DNA from: Alphaproteobacteria bacterium
Lineage (GTDB): Bacteria; Pseudomonadota; Alphaproteobacteria; Micropepsales; Micropepsaceae
Assembly: GCA_045810735.1 (NCBI GenBank)
Contig: JBJMVL010000101.1
Location: forward strand, 5,187-69,186
Reading direction: 5' to 3'
Length of the DNA stretch: 64,000 bases
Shown here: piece after piece, positions 21,752 through 31,425 of the stretch
How positions within the stretch are numbered: position 1 is the stretch's first letter
How the letters are laid out: every line of letters begins with the position of its first letter
Made by a program: the position numbers and the translations under genes
The notes under the pieces: generated by a model
What the model was told of the DNA's origin: nothing
Database searches by the model: none
Seen by the model: only the letters and a program-made list of their open reading frames with translations

Positions 21752-23359
21752 ATGATTCGGATCATCGCCGGAGCCGCGGCTCTGCTCGGTTGTGCCATGA
21801 TGTCGGGCGTTGCTTCAGCTGCCGACATCTGCCCGCGCTATACGTCGGGCTCGGAGGTGCAGCCGCCGCCCGATTTGTACAGCAAAAAAGGCGTGCTGCA
21901 CGTGGCGCTCAATTATCAAACGACGGTGGATGAGGCCGGCCGCACCCTGTTCTGCTATCAGACTCCAGACGGGCTGGAATCGCCGACGCTGCACGTCCAG
22001 CCTGGCGACCTCGTGCAGATCGATTTGACCAACATGTTGCCGCCTGGTCGGAACATGCACAAGCTTCCCGCGAATGCGTCGGCGTGCCGCGATAAAAACA
22101 TGACCGATACATCGATCAACATGCACTTCCACGGCCTGAACATCTCCCCGAAGTGCCATTCCGACGAGACGATCCATACGCTGGTCAATTCGGGAGAGAC
22201 CTTCACCTACAAGCTCAGAATTCCGAACAACGAACCACCGGGACTCTACTGGTATCATCCGCACGTGCATGAGGTTGCATCGCCTGCCGTGCAGGGGGGC
22301 GCCACCGGCGTGATCGTCGTCGAGGGTATCGAGAACATTCAGCCGGCGGTTGCCGGCCTTCCGCAGCGCGTACTGGTGTTGCGCGATCAGCCGCTGCTTA
22401 ATGGGTTCAGCTGGCGCGCCCCGGCGCCGTTCTGGGATGCGACGGTAAACTATGTGCCGGTGCCCTATCCGGATTACCCGCCGGCCATCGTGAAGATGAC
22501 CACTGGGACGCAGGAGTTCTGGCGTGTGGCCAATGCCGGCGCGAATACCATTCTCGATCTGGAAGTGGACTACGACGGCAAACCGCAGGCGCTGCAGGTC
22601 GTCGGGCTCGATGGCGTTCCCACCGGCTCCCAGGACGGAAAGCGACAGGGAACGATCGTCACGCTAAGGCACATTCTGCTGCCGCCCGCCGCGCGTGCCG
22701 AGTTCATCCTCTCGGCGCCGACAAAATCCAAGATTAAGGCGTATCTTATCACGCGCGCGATTGATGGAGGCCCCGCTTCCGACAGCAATCCGCGCCGGCC
22801 GCTCGCGCAAATTACAGCGACGAGCGCGCCCAATCGCCTCCCACGGCTGCCGGAGCGGAGCCGCCCGCCGCATCCACAACGATTTGAGGACGCTGCAACA
22901 TTAAAGCCAGATATTCAGCGTAAGCTCTATTTTTGGGAAACGACATTCGCCGGTAGCAAACACAAACCACCGGCGGACGTGCAAAAGTTTTACATCGCTG
23001 TCGATGGACAGGACGTTCATGTCTACGATCCCGATGCGCCGCCGGACATCACCACCACGCAAGGCGCCCTCGAAGATTGGACCATCGAGAATCACACCTT
23101 TGAGGTGCACGAATTCCACATTCACCAGATTCATTTTCTGGTGCTGGAGGTAAACGGCAATAAGGTTTCCGCGAGGGAACACCAGTGGCGGGACACCTAC
23201 CAGGTGCCATATTGGACGGGAAAGGGTCGCTATCCCAGTATCAAGGTGCGAATGGATTTCCGTGGCGCCGTAGCCGGTGACTTTGTCTATCATTGCCATA
23301 TTCTCGATCATGAGGACCGGGGCATGATGGCTATCATTCGGGTGTTGCCGAGGACCTGA
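21752..23359 (+). CDS. Secreted multicopper oxidase 2 (paralog)
   Basis: Same four copper motifs (…YHCHILDHEDRGMM); long blocks shared with copy 1. Confidence 0.92.
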   Translation: MIRIIAGAAALLGCAMMSGVASAADICPRYTSGSEVQPPPDLYSKKGVLHVALNYQTTVDEAGRTLFCYQTPDGLESPTLHVQPGDLVQIDLTNMLPPGRNMHKLPANASACRDKNMTDTSINMHFHGLNISPKCHSDETIHTLVNSGETFTYKLRIPNNEPPGLYWYHPHVHEVASPAVQGGATGVIVVEGIENIQPAVAGLPQRVLVLRDQPLLNGFSWRAPAPFWDATVNYVPVPYPDYPPAIVKMTTGTQEFWRVANAGANTILDLEVDYDGKPQALQVVGLDGVPTGSQDGKRQGTIVTLRHILLPPAARAEFILSAPTKSKIKAYLITRAIDGGPASDSNPRRPLAQITATSAPNRLPRLPERSRPPHPQRFEDAATLKPDIQRKLYFWETTFAGSKHKPPADVQKFYIAVDGQDVHVYDPDAPPDITTTQGALEDWTIENHTFEVHEFHIHQIHFLVLEVNGNKVSAREHQWRDTYQVPYWTGKGRYPSIKVRMDFRGAVAGDFVYHCHILDHEDRGMMAIIRVLPRT

Positions 23360-23371
23360 ACGGATGATGGT

Positions 23372-23956
23372 GTGCTGAGCGTATTGCGGAGTTGTCTTGC
23401 GCTGGCAGCGGTGCTGACTTCTGTTGCGTCTGCGGCCGTGGCGGCCGGGCCGGTGGTCGAGGAAACGCTCCCGTCTCCTGCAATGACGGGCCATTTCAGC
23501 TTGCACACGCTGGACGGAAAAACCGTCACGGATGCCAGTCTTCGCGGCAAATGGCTGCTGGTCTATTTTGGCTATACGAATTGCCCGGATGTCTGCCCGA
23601 CGGTGCTGAACGAGATTGGCCTCGCGCTGAACGAGCTCGGTCCGGCCGCAAAGAAGCTTCAACCGGTATTCATCACGATTGATCCGGCGCGAGACAAGCC
23701 GCCCGTGCTGAAGAAATATATGGCGTCCTTCGATCCCCGCATTGTCGGCCTTCGCGGCGATGGCGAGGAAACGGAGCGCGCAGCGAAGGCTTTCCACGTC
23801 TATTACCGCCCTGTTGCGCTCGGCAACGCGCAATACACGATGGATCACAGCGGCTTTCTTTATCTCATCGATCCCAAGGGCAAGTTCACATCCCTGATCA
23901 CCGGCAACCTTCCAGGGCATGACCTCGCAAAGTCGCTGCGAAAGCAGATCGGCTGA
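23372..23956 (+). CDS. SCO/SenC copper chaperone
   Basis: FGYTNCPDVCP, ITIDPARD and MDHS. Confidence 0.92.
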   Translation: MLSVLRSCLALAAVLTSVASAAVAAGPVVEETLPSPAMTGHFSLHTLDGKTVTDASLRGKWLLVYFGYTNCPDVCPTVLNEIGLALNELGPAAKKLQPVFITIDPARDKPPVLKKYMASFDPRIVGLRGDGEETERAAKAFHVYYRPVALGNAQYTMDHSGFLYLIDPKGKFTSLITGNLPGHDLAKSLRKQIG

Positions 23957-24492
23957 TGCGTTCTGCGATTTTGGGTACGGTTTTCGCGCTTAGTGCCGCG
24001 GCCGTGGCGTGGGCCGGACAAACGGCTGTCACGCATTTCGCCAATGCAGACGACACCAGCGCCTTGGCTCGTGGCCAGCAGGTCTATCGGCAGCAATGCG
24101 CTTCCTGCCATGGGCGCAATCTGGAAGGCACCTTTTTGTGGCAGCTCCAGGACCAGTATGCGCATAGGCGCGCTCCAGCGCACGATGCCAGCGGCCATAC
24201 CTGGATGCATTCCGACGAAGACCTGTTCCACATGACGAAGTATGGGCGCTTTCCGGATACGCCCAAGGACGTCCACTCCTACATGCCGGCCTTCGAGCAC
24301 CGACTGAAGGATGCTGATATCTTGGCCGTGCTCGCGTATATAAAGGTGCAGTGGCCACTGGGCATCAGAGTGTCTCAGTCAATGTTGAATCCACACTTTC
24401 AGGGGATGCCCAAGGATGCGAACAAGGTGGCATGGACTCTGCCACCCATCTGCACGTCATCCTATAAGCGATGGAAGGTGATCTCGCGTTAG
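23956..24492 (+). CDS. Periplasmic monoheme cytochrome c
   Basis: Signal peptide; CASCH; APAHDASGHTWMHSD; MPAF axial Met; TGATG overlap with SCO. Confidence 0.88.
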   Translation: MRSAILGTVFALSAAAVAWAGQTAVTHFANADDTSALARGQQVYRQQCASCHGRNLEGTFLWQLQDQYAHRRAPAHDASGHTWMHSDEDLFHMTKYGRFPDTPKDVHSYMPAFEHRLKDADILAVLAYIKVQWPLGIRVSQSMLNPHFQGMPKDANKVAWTLPPICTSSYKRWKVISR

Positions 24493-26669
24493 CTGACCGT
24501 CACAACGCGGATGTCGCCGGTGCGGCTGAGGATATCCACGACGACGTCCCGACCATGACGCTGCAGAAGCAGATCGATGGTGCTCTCGCCGAGGCGGAGA
24601 TTGCGAATGCGGATGTCGTCGATGGAGGGCGGCAGCAACGGCCGCTCGAACCGGATCTCGTTATGCAAGCCGTCCGCCGTCAAACCGAGGCATGCCTGCA
24701 GCAACATCAGCGGCGTTCCGCTTGCCCACGCCTGCGGGGCGCAGGCCACGGGATAAAGGGTAGGGCCGCTGCTGGTGCGCCGTGGGAAACCGCAGAACAA
24801 TTCCGGCAGACGCATTTCCACATAGCGCAACGCGTCGAACTGGCCGCCAAAAATCTTCAGCACGTCGTCCTTCAGTCCATAATGAGCGAATCCGAGCGCT
24901 ATCAGCGCATTATCGTGCGGCCAGACCGAGCCATTGTGGTAGGACATGGGATTGTAGCGGCATTCGCTCGCGTTAAGCGTCCGAATTCCCCAGCCGGAGA
25001 AGGCATCGCGGCTCAGAAGGGCCTTGGCCACCGCCCGCGCACGCGCCTCAGATGCAATCCCGCCGAAAAGGCATTGTCCGGCGTTCGAGCTGCGCACCCG
25101 GCATGGCTGCTTATCGCCATCCAGGGCTAGAGCGTAGGTACCGATGTCTTCGCACCAGAACGCGCTTTCGAATCGCGTCCGCAACGCTTCGGCTTCCCGC
25201 AACACGGCGTCCGCGCGGTCCACTTTTCCGAGGACCCGCGCGAGCGCTGCCGCTTGGCGCTTGGCCGCATAGACATAAGCCTGCACCTCACACAACGCGA
25301 TCGGGCCGCGCGCAAGCGCGCCATCGGCGTGCGAGATGCAGTCTTTAGAGTCTTTCCAGCCTTGGTTGTTAAGGCCCTGCGGTGTTCGCTGCCGGTATTC
25401 GACAAAGCCGTCGCGGTCGAAATCGCCGTAGTTCTCAATCCAATCCAGCGCGGCTTCGATGTGTGGCCAAAGATGTTCGATCGTCCCGCGGTCGCCGGTG
25501 CGCTCGAAATATTTTCCGGCTAGCAGAACGAAGAGCGGCGTCGCATCGACGCTACCGTAATAGTGCCGGAATGGAACTTCACCGAGCCGGGCCATCTCGC
25601 CCTGGCGGACTTCGTGCAGGATTTTGCCCGGCTCCGCTTCGGAGATTTGGTCGAAATCCTTTGCTTGGTGGGCCGCGAGAAAGAGCAGCACGCCCCGAGC
25701 GACGTTGGGATCGAGCCACAGCATCTGTAGCGCCGTTATGATCCCGTCCCGTCCGAAAGCGGTCGAGAACCACGGAATGCCGGCATAAGGATACATGCCC
25801 TGCGGCGACTCCGTAATCAGCATGTAGAGGTCAGCCGTGGAACGGCGCAGCACCTCGTTCAGCAGGGTGTTGGAGCTGCTGACGGCGGCGGCGCTACTGG
25901 CGCGCGCGCGCAATTCCTTTCGAGTGCTGCGAAGTGCATTCACCAGCTTGGGTCCCCCGATGCGCGCCGAGGTGCCGAAGCGAATTGCACTGACACAGGA
26001 CCAGCGCTCGCCCGGATCGAGCTTCAGGTCGAACGCGGCGTGGTGATGGTCGAGCAGGGATGGAGCGGGGGAGAACTGCAGGTGCGTGTAACGGTCAAGA
26101 TTGTCCAGCCCACGGTAGTGAAAGACGACCTGATCATCCGCAATGCGCTCGCCATGACAGCGGCCACGCCGGGGCCGGTGAATGCCGCGCACTTCGAACA
26201 GGTCGGCGAAATCCGCGGCAAACCACAACAACAAGCGGGTTTCATGCGGGCGAGAGTCGAAATTTTGGGCGGCAATGCGTTCATAGCAGGCCGCCTTCCA
26301 CAAGAACTTGGTGCGCGTGATGTGCAGCGTCTCGCGCGACATCGCAATTTCCTCGCCGCGGGCAATGTCCGGATTGGCGAGATCGACAGTGAGGACAGCA
26401 TTGTCATCCTGAATGGTCGAGCTCAGGAGCAGCGGACGATGTCCCTCGATCAGGAGATAGCAGCCGGAGAGATAGCGGGTGTCTTCATGAAAGATACCTG
26501 CAGGGTTCCCGGCAGAATTGAGAATGTCACCGTGCTGATCGAACATGGCGAACGTATCGCCGTGCTTAAGGGTGCGCGGCCACGCTTCCTGAAACGACGT
26601 TGTCGCCGCAATATAGAAAGGTGCCGTTTCGTCAGTTTCGGCAGTGGCGGTGTGTAAAATTTTATCCAT
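24489..26669 (-). CDS. Amylo-alpha-1,6-glucosidase (glycogen debranching family)
   Basis: AGIPWFSTAFGRD, YYGSVDATPLF, NQGWKDS and YHNGSVWPHD. Confidence 0.92.
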   Translation of the reverse strand: MDKILHTATAETDETAPFYIAATTSFQEAWPRTLKHGDTFAMFDQHGDILNSAGNPAGIFHEDTRYLSGCYLLIEGHRPLLLSSTIQDDNAVLTVDLANPDIARGEEIAMSRETLHITRTKFLWKAACYERIAAQNFDSRPHETRLLLWFAADFADLFEVRGIHRPRRGRCHGERIADDQVVFHYRGLDNLDRYTHLQFSPAPSLLDHHHAAFDLKLDPGERWSCVSAIRFGTSARIGGPKLVNALRSTRKELRARASSAAAVSSSNTLLNEVLRRSTADLYMLITESPQGMYPYAGIPWFSTAFGRDGIITALQMLWLDPNVARGVLLFLAAHQAKDFDQISEAEPGKILHEVRQGEMARLGEVPFRHYYGSVDATPLFVLLAGKYFERTGDRGTIEHLWPHIEAALDWIENYGDFDRDGFVEYRQRTPQGLNNQGWKDSKDCISHADGALARGPIALCEVQAYVYAAKRQAAALARVLGKVDRADAVLREAEALRTRFESAFWCEDIGTYALALDGDKQPCRVRSSNAGQCLFGGIASEARARAVAKALLSRDAFSGWGIRTLNASECRYNPMSYHNGSVWPHDNALIALGFAHYGLKDDVLKIFGGQFDALRYVEMRLPELFCGFPRRTSSGPTLYPVACAPQAWASGTPLMLLQACLGLTADGLHNEIRFERPLLPPSIDDIRIRNLRLGESTIDLLLQRHGRDVVVDILSRTGDIRVVTVS

Positions 26670-26701
26670 GAGGCGATCTTACCGTCGCCGCAACCGCTAC
26701 T

Positions 26702-27754
26702 CTAGGCAGCGGCGATGGCACCCATTCGCGAATCGAGAAGCCGAGCATACACCTCGAGATATTTTGCGGTCATTTGCTCGACGGTAAACCGCTGCTCGAA
26801 ACGCTTGCGAATCTGTCGGCGATCGAGCGCACTGGCGCGGTGCACCGCTGCGGCCGCCTGTTCCGTGCTCTCCACAATCAGGCCTGTGACGCCGTTCTCG
26901 AGAACTTCGGGCACGGAACCGCAATTGAAAGCAATGACGGGCGTGCCGCACGCCATGGCCTCGATCATCACGATGCCGAATGGCTCCGGCCACCTGATGG
27001 GGAACAGCATGGCCCTTGCCTTACACAGAAGCTCGTTCTTCTCCCGATCGTTCGCTTCGCCAACAAACTCAACATATTCGCTGCTGAGGCGTGGTTTTAC
27101 GCGCGCTTCGAAGTAGTCGCGGTCCAGCTTGTCCACTTTCGCCGCGATCTTCAGCGGCATCGCGGCACGCTCTGCGATATCTATTGCAGTTTCGATGCCC
27201 TTCTCGGGCGAGATGCGCCCCACAAAGGCGAGATAGTCGCTGCTGCCATCCGGGTGAGCACGATAAAGATCCTTCGGCATTCCATGATGCACCGTGGCGA
27301 CCCAGTTCACCGGCGACATGGGCGCACGCTGCGCGTGGGAAATGGAAACCAGCGGCATCTCCGGAAACTTTCGGTAGAAGGGCTGCAGGTCAGGAGAGTC
27401 GAGCGCGCCATGCAATGTCGTGACGGTCCGCTCGGCGAGGCTGCGAAACAGCGGGCAATGGATCAGATCGACATGGAAATGAATAATGTCGAACTCGTCG
27501 GCACGGGCGTATACCTCGTCCACCAGCAGCATATTGTGCGGCAGACAGTCGCGCGTGTTCGGGTCGAGCCGCAGCGCACGCGGAACGATGGGAACAAGTT
27601 CGGCGGCGGTTCGGGAATCGCCGCTAGCGAACAGCGTGACATCATGACCGCGTCTGACAAGGTCTTCCGTCAGCCAGGAGACGACGCGCTCTGTTCCGCC
27701 GTAGAGTTGTGGCGGGACGCTCTCAACTAAAGGTGCAACCTGGGCAATTTTCAT
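26702..27754 (-). CDS. GT4 glycosyltransferase
   Basis: VPPQLYGGTERVV, GRISPEKG and EPFGIVMIEAMACGTPVIA. Confidence 0.92.
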   Translation of the reverse strand: MKIAQVAPLVESVPPQLYGGTERVVSWLTEDLVRRGHDVTLFASGDSRTAAELVPIVPRALRLDPNTRDCLPHNMLLVDEVYARADEFDIIHFHVDLIHCPLFRSLAERTVTTLHGALDSPDLQPFYRKFPEMPLVSISHAQRAPMSPVNWVATVHHGMPKDLYRAHPDGSSDYLAFVGRISPEKGIETAIDIAERAAMPLKIAAKVDKLDRDYFEARVKPRLSSEYVEFVGEANDREKNELLCKARAMLFPIRWPEPFGIVMIEAMACGTPVIAFNCGSVPEVLENGVTGLIVESTEQAAAAVHRASALDRRQIRKRFEQRFTVEQMTAKYLEVYARLLDSRMGAIAAA

Positions 27755-27797
27755 AAGCTACCCCGTGCCAAATGCTCCGGCGCCTCCGCCCTCCCAT

Positions 27798-27822
27798 AAT
27801 CGCCTGACTGCGCTAAGGTTCC
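27798..27822 (-). promoter_or_regulatory. Candidate EcfG (sigmaT/RpoE2) promoter
   Basis: Minus strand reads GGAAC-N18-TT, 44 bp upstream of the GT4 start. Confidence 0.55.
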
Positions 27823-27859
27823 GGCTTGGGGACGGGATGTCAATTCACAGATTTTGGCA

Positions 27860-28783
27860 TCAATCGCCGCCATTTTCCGGTGCAATGGCATGAATGGTGC
27901 CGCAGAATTCGCAGCGTGCGCGGATGAGACCATCTGCGTCTGCTAAGCCGTCGAGATCGGTTGTCGGATACGCGCGTAACACTTGAGCAATCCGGGCCGC
28001 ATCGCACCCGCAATGAAAATCCAGCCGCTCCGGCGTATGCACGCGAACGGCATCCTCATGGAACAAGCGCCACAACAGCTGTTCGGCGGAAACGTCTGTG
28101 TCCAAGAGCTCGATGTCTTCTACCGTTTCAAGGAACATGGAGAAACGGGTCCAGTCATCCTCGTTCCGATCCTGTTCCGGAATGGCCTGCAGCATGATGC
28201 CGCCCGCGCGCCACGCCGGGTGCGGATTGCCCGGTATATAGGCCGGTGCTGCGGCGAGTTTTATCACCGTCGGAAGCTGTTCGGATTGCAAGAAGTAGTG
28301 TTGCGCGCTGGTGCCGATGCTGTCCTTTGCCAGCGTTACAATGCCTTGATAGCTTTGGTCCCCGAGGCGGGGCTCTATAGTAATGGCGAGAACGCCTTCG
28401 CCTGTGAGATTTGCGAACGCGCGCGCCTGCTCGCCCAAGGCGGCGAGCCTTGCTTCATCGATGCGGGCGTAGCCGCGCAGTCCGGCACAATCGCGCGCTT
28501 CGTCGGCCCCATAGTAGTCTGCAGTGAGCAGGTCCAGCGGTCCGGAGCCCTTCGCCTGTACCGTCAGCCGCCCGTCGAGCTTCAGGGATGAACCCAGCAT
28601 CGCGGTGAGCACCAGCGCTTCGCTTAGGGTCCGTCCGGCGTCCTCGGGAAGCGCGTGCGCTGACAGTGCGCGCGCCGACACGCTGTCCAGCCGCACCACG
28701 CGGCCGCGCACGCCATGCTCAGGCATGGAGAAGGGCAACACGAAATCGGCCGCGGGGGCGGGTGCATAATGCTGGAGGGCCAT
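27860..28783 (-). CDS. hslO: Hsp33 redox chaperone
   Basis: VRGRVVRL, YFLQSEQLPT and Zn site CGC...CEFC. Confidence 0.92.
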   Translation of the reverse strand: MALQHYAPAPAADFVLPFSMPEHGVRGRVVRLDSVSARALSAHALPEDAGRTLSEALVLTAMLGSSLKLDGRLTVQAKGSGPLDLLTADYYGADEARDCAGLRGYARIDEARLAALGEQARAFANLTGEGVLAITIEPRLGDQSYQGIVTLAKDSIGTSAQHYFLQSEQLPTVIKLAAAPAYIPGNPHPAWRAGGIMLQAIPEQDRNEDDWTRFSMFLETVEDIELLDTDVSAEQLLWRLFHEDAVRVHTPERLDFHCGCDAARIAQVLRAYPTTDLDGLADADGLIRARCEFCGTIHAIAPENGGD

Positions 28784-28843
28784 GGAGAAACCGATATGGG
28801 CGCTGCGACGCCGGAAATCAACCGCCCGCGACTCGGCAGGTGC

Positions 28844-29461
28844 CTAGTGAAATATGTAACGGGCGATGAAGTAGCCGGCAACGATCACCGCTAAAAACCC
28901 GACGATCACCCATTCGAGATATTTCTCGATCGCCATCCGCACGGGTTCACCAAAGAAGTAGATCAGGGCGGCAACGCCCATGAACCGGATCGTGCGCGTG
29001 ATGAGCGAGAGCGCGAAGAAGAGCGCCAGATTCATTCCGGCAAAGCCCGAGGCGATAGTCACGATCTTGTATGGGATGGGCGTCAGCCCCTGCAGAACGA
29101 TCAGCGCGCCGTACTTGTTGTTTGCGGCGCGGAAGGAATCGATGTCGCCGCCCATGCCATAAACACGGATCAGCCACTCGCCGACGGAATCGTAGAGCAG
29201 GGAACCGATGAGATATCCTACAAGACCGCCAGCGACGGAAAACAATGTACACCACGCGGCCAGCAGAAATGCGCGGCGCCGGTTCTTCAGCGCCATCGGA
29301 ATCATCACAATATCCGGAGGCATCGGAAAGAACGAGCTTTCCGCAAAGGCAATGGCCGCCATCGTGGCCCAGGCATAATGCCCTTCGGCATTGCGCATGA
29401 TCCAGGCATAGAGCCCGCGCAAAGGATTCCAGCGCGTTCGCGCCTCTACTCCAGACGACAT
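28844..29461 (-). CDS. YqaA/DedA (VTT domain) membrane protein
   Basis: AESSFFPMPPD and TPIPYKIVTIASG; start approximate. Confidence 0.85.
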   Translation of the reverse strand: MSSGVEARTRWNPLRGLYAWIMRNAEGHYAWATMAAIAFAESSFFPMPPDIVMIPMALKNRRRAFLLAAWCTLFSVAGGLVGYLIGSLLYDSVGEWLIRVYGMGGDIDSFRAANNKYGALIVLQGLTPIPYKIVTIASGFAGMNLALFFALSLITRTIRFMGVAALIYFFGEPVRMAIEKYLEWVIVGFLAVIVAGYFIARYIFH

Positions 29462-29571
29462 GACGATCCAGCGCTCCTCCGGAACATACCTACCAACCTC
29501 GCCCGCGTTCGTCCATGCTTGCCCCGGGCCTGCATGGCTCACTAGTTTTTGCTCAGGCTGGTAAGGATTTC

Positions 29572-31425
29572 ATGAAGCGCAAGGCGAAAGGGTCAAAGGG
29601 CCCTCTGGCAAAACTCCGAAAAGCAAAGGCGAAGAAAAGGCTGAAGGCCGCTTCGGCGGCGCCAAAGCGCGGTATCGATAGGTCGAAGGCCAGAAAAAAT
29701 CCGCCGGTGTCTGTGCGCCGCACACGCACGAAGATGGAAGCGCGACGATGGATTTTACCCGGCCGAGCCGCGGCCGCGGCATCATCGCTGCCGATCAACA
29801 ATGCGTACGAGCTTGGCCTCGCGCGCAATGCTGCAAACTACCAGCCTCTGACACCGCTGAGCTTTCTTGAACGCGCAGCAAGTGTGTTTCCTCAACGAAT
29901 TGCCGTGGTGCACGGAAATCAGAGGTTCTCTTACGCGCAATTCTATGAGCGCTCGCGGCGCCTTGCATCCGCACTGGTTCGATGTGGTGTCCGCCGTGGC
30001 GACACAGTATCGGTGATGCTTGCCAACACACCGCCGATGCTGGAAGCACATTACGGCGTTCCCATGGCAGGCGCAGTGCTCAATTCCCTTAATACACGGC
30101 TTGATCCGGTGACGCTCGGGTTCATGCTCGACCACTGCGAAGCAAAGGTGCTGATCACCGACACAGAGTTTTCGCAGGTGATGCAAGACGCGTTGCCGCG
30201 TGTCCGCGCGCGGCCACTGGTGATCGACTATCAGGATCCGGAGCTCCCGCAGACAGGCGATTCGCTCGGCGAGCAGGACTACGAAAGATTCCTTTCGGGA
30301 GGCGAGCCTGATTTCGCATGGGCAATGCCGAAAGACGAATGGGATGCCATTGCGCTGAACTACACGTCAGGCACGACCGGAAATCCGAAGGGCGTGGTTT
30401 ACCATCACCGCGGCGCGGCGCTAATGGGCTACGACAACGTGCTCGCCGCAAACATGCCGCGGCATCCGGTGTACCTCTGGACCCTGCCGATGTTCCACTG
30501 CAACGGCTGGTGCTTTCCCTGGACGCTATCGGTCGTTGCTGGCACGCATATTTGCCTGCGTTCGGTCCGTGCCAAAGCCATCTACCAAGCCATTGCCGAA
30601 CATGGTGTAACGCATCTCTGCGGCGCGCCAATCGTGATGTCGACGCTGATCAATGCGCCGGCCGAGGAGCGTCGGCCGCTGCCGCATCGCGTACAGTTCG
30701 TCACCGCAGCGGCGCCGCCGCCGGAATCGGTGCTTGCCTCGATGGCGGATGCTGGGTTCGATGTCACGCATGTGTATGGACTGACGGAGACTTACGGCCC
30801 AGCCGTGGTGAACGAGTGGCATGGCGAATGGGATGCGCTCGACCGCGGCCGCGTTGCGGCGAAGAAGGCGCGTCAGGGCGTGCGCTATCATGCGCTTGAT
30901 GACCTCGTGGTGATGAATCCCGAAACGATGGAAGCGATGCCGGCCGACGGCGAAACCATCGGCGAGGTCATGTTTCGCGGCAACATCGTGATGAAGGGGT
31001 ATCTAAAGAACCCGGCAGCCACGAAGGAGGCGTTTGCCGGCGGATGGTTTCATTCCGGCGATCTCGGTGTGCGGCATGCGGATGGCTACATTCAGCTTAA
31101 GGACCGATCCAAGGACATCATCATTTCCGGCGGCGAGAATATTTCCTCCGTGGAGATCGAGGACGTGCTGATGAAGCATCCGGCGGTGATGTTTGCTGCG
31201 GTGGTGGCCTGTCCCGACGAAAAGTGGGGCGAAACGCCCTGCGCCTTTGTGGAGCGACGTTCCGGGCACGAAAGCGTTTCGGCTAACGACCTCATTATCC
31301 ATTGCCGGCAGAATCTCGCGCGCTACAAATGCCCCAAGCACGTGGTCTTCGCTGAAATCCCGAAGACCTCCACCGGCAAGATGCAGAAGTTCAAGCTGCG
31401 TGAACTCGCGAAGACGATCAGCTGA
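29572..31425 (+). CDS. Acyl-CoA synthetase (AMP-binding) with basic N-terminal extension
   Basis: YTSGTTGNPKG, YGLTE, FHSGD, DIIISGGENI and PKTSTGK; TAAGGA before ATG 29572. Confidence 0.88.
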   Translation: MKRKAKGSKGPLAKLRKAKAKKRLKAASAAPKRGIDRSKARKNPPVSVRRTRTKMEARRWILPGRAAAAASSLPINNAYELGLARNAANYQPLTPLSFLERAASVFPQRIAVVHGNQRFSYAQFYERSRRLASALVRCGVRRGDTVSVMLANTPPMLEAHYGVPMAGAVLNSLNTRLDPVTLGFMLDHCEAKVLITDTEFSQVMQDALPRVRARPLVIDYQDPELPQTGDSLGEQDYERFLSGGEPDFAWAMPKDEWDAIALNYTSGTTGNPKGVVYHHRGAALMGYDNVLAANMPRHPVYLWTLPMFHCNGWCFPWTLSVVAGTHICLRSVRAKAIYQAIAEHGVTHLCGAPIVMSTLINAPAEERRPLPHRVQFVTAAAPPPESVLASMADAGFDVTHVYGLTETYGPAVVNEWHGEWDALDRGRVAAKKARQGVRYHALDDLVVMNPETMEAMPADGETIGEVMFRGNIVMKGYLKNPAATKEAFAGGWFHSGDLGVRHADGYIQLKDRSKDIIISGGENISSVEIEDVLMKHPAVMFAAVVACPDEKWGETPCAFVERRSGHESVSANDLIIHCRQNLARYKCPKHVVFAEIPKTSTGKMQKFKLRELAKTIS

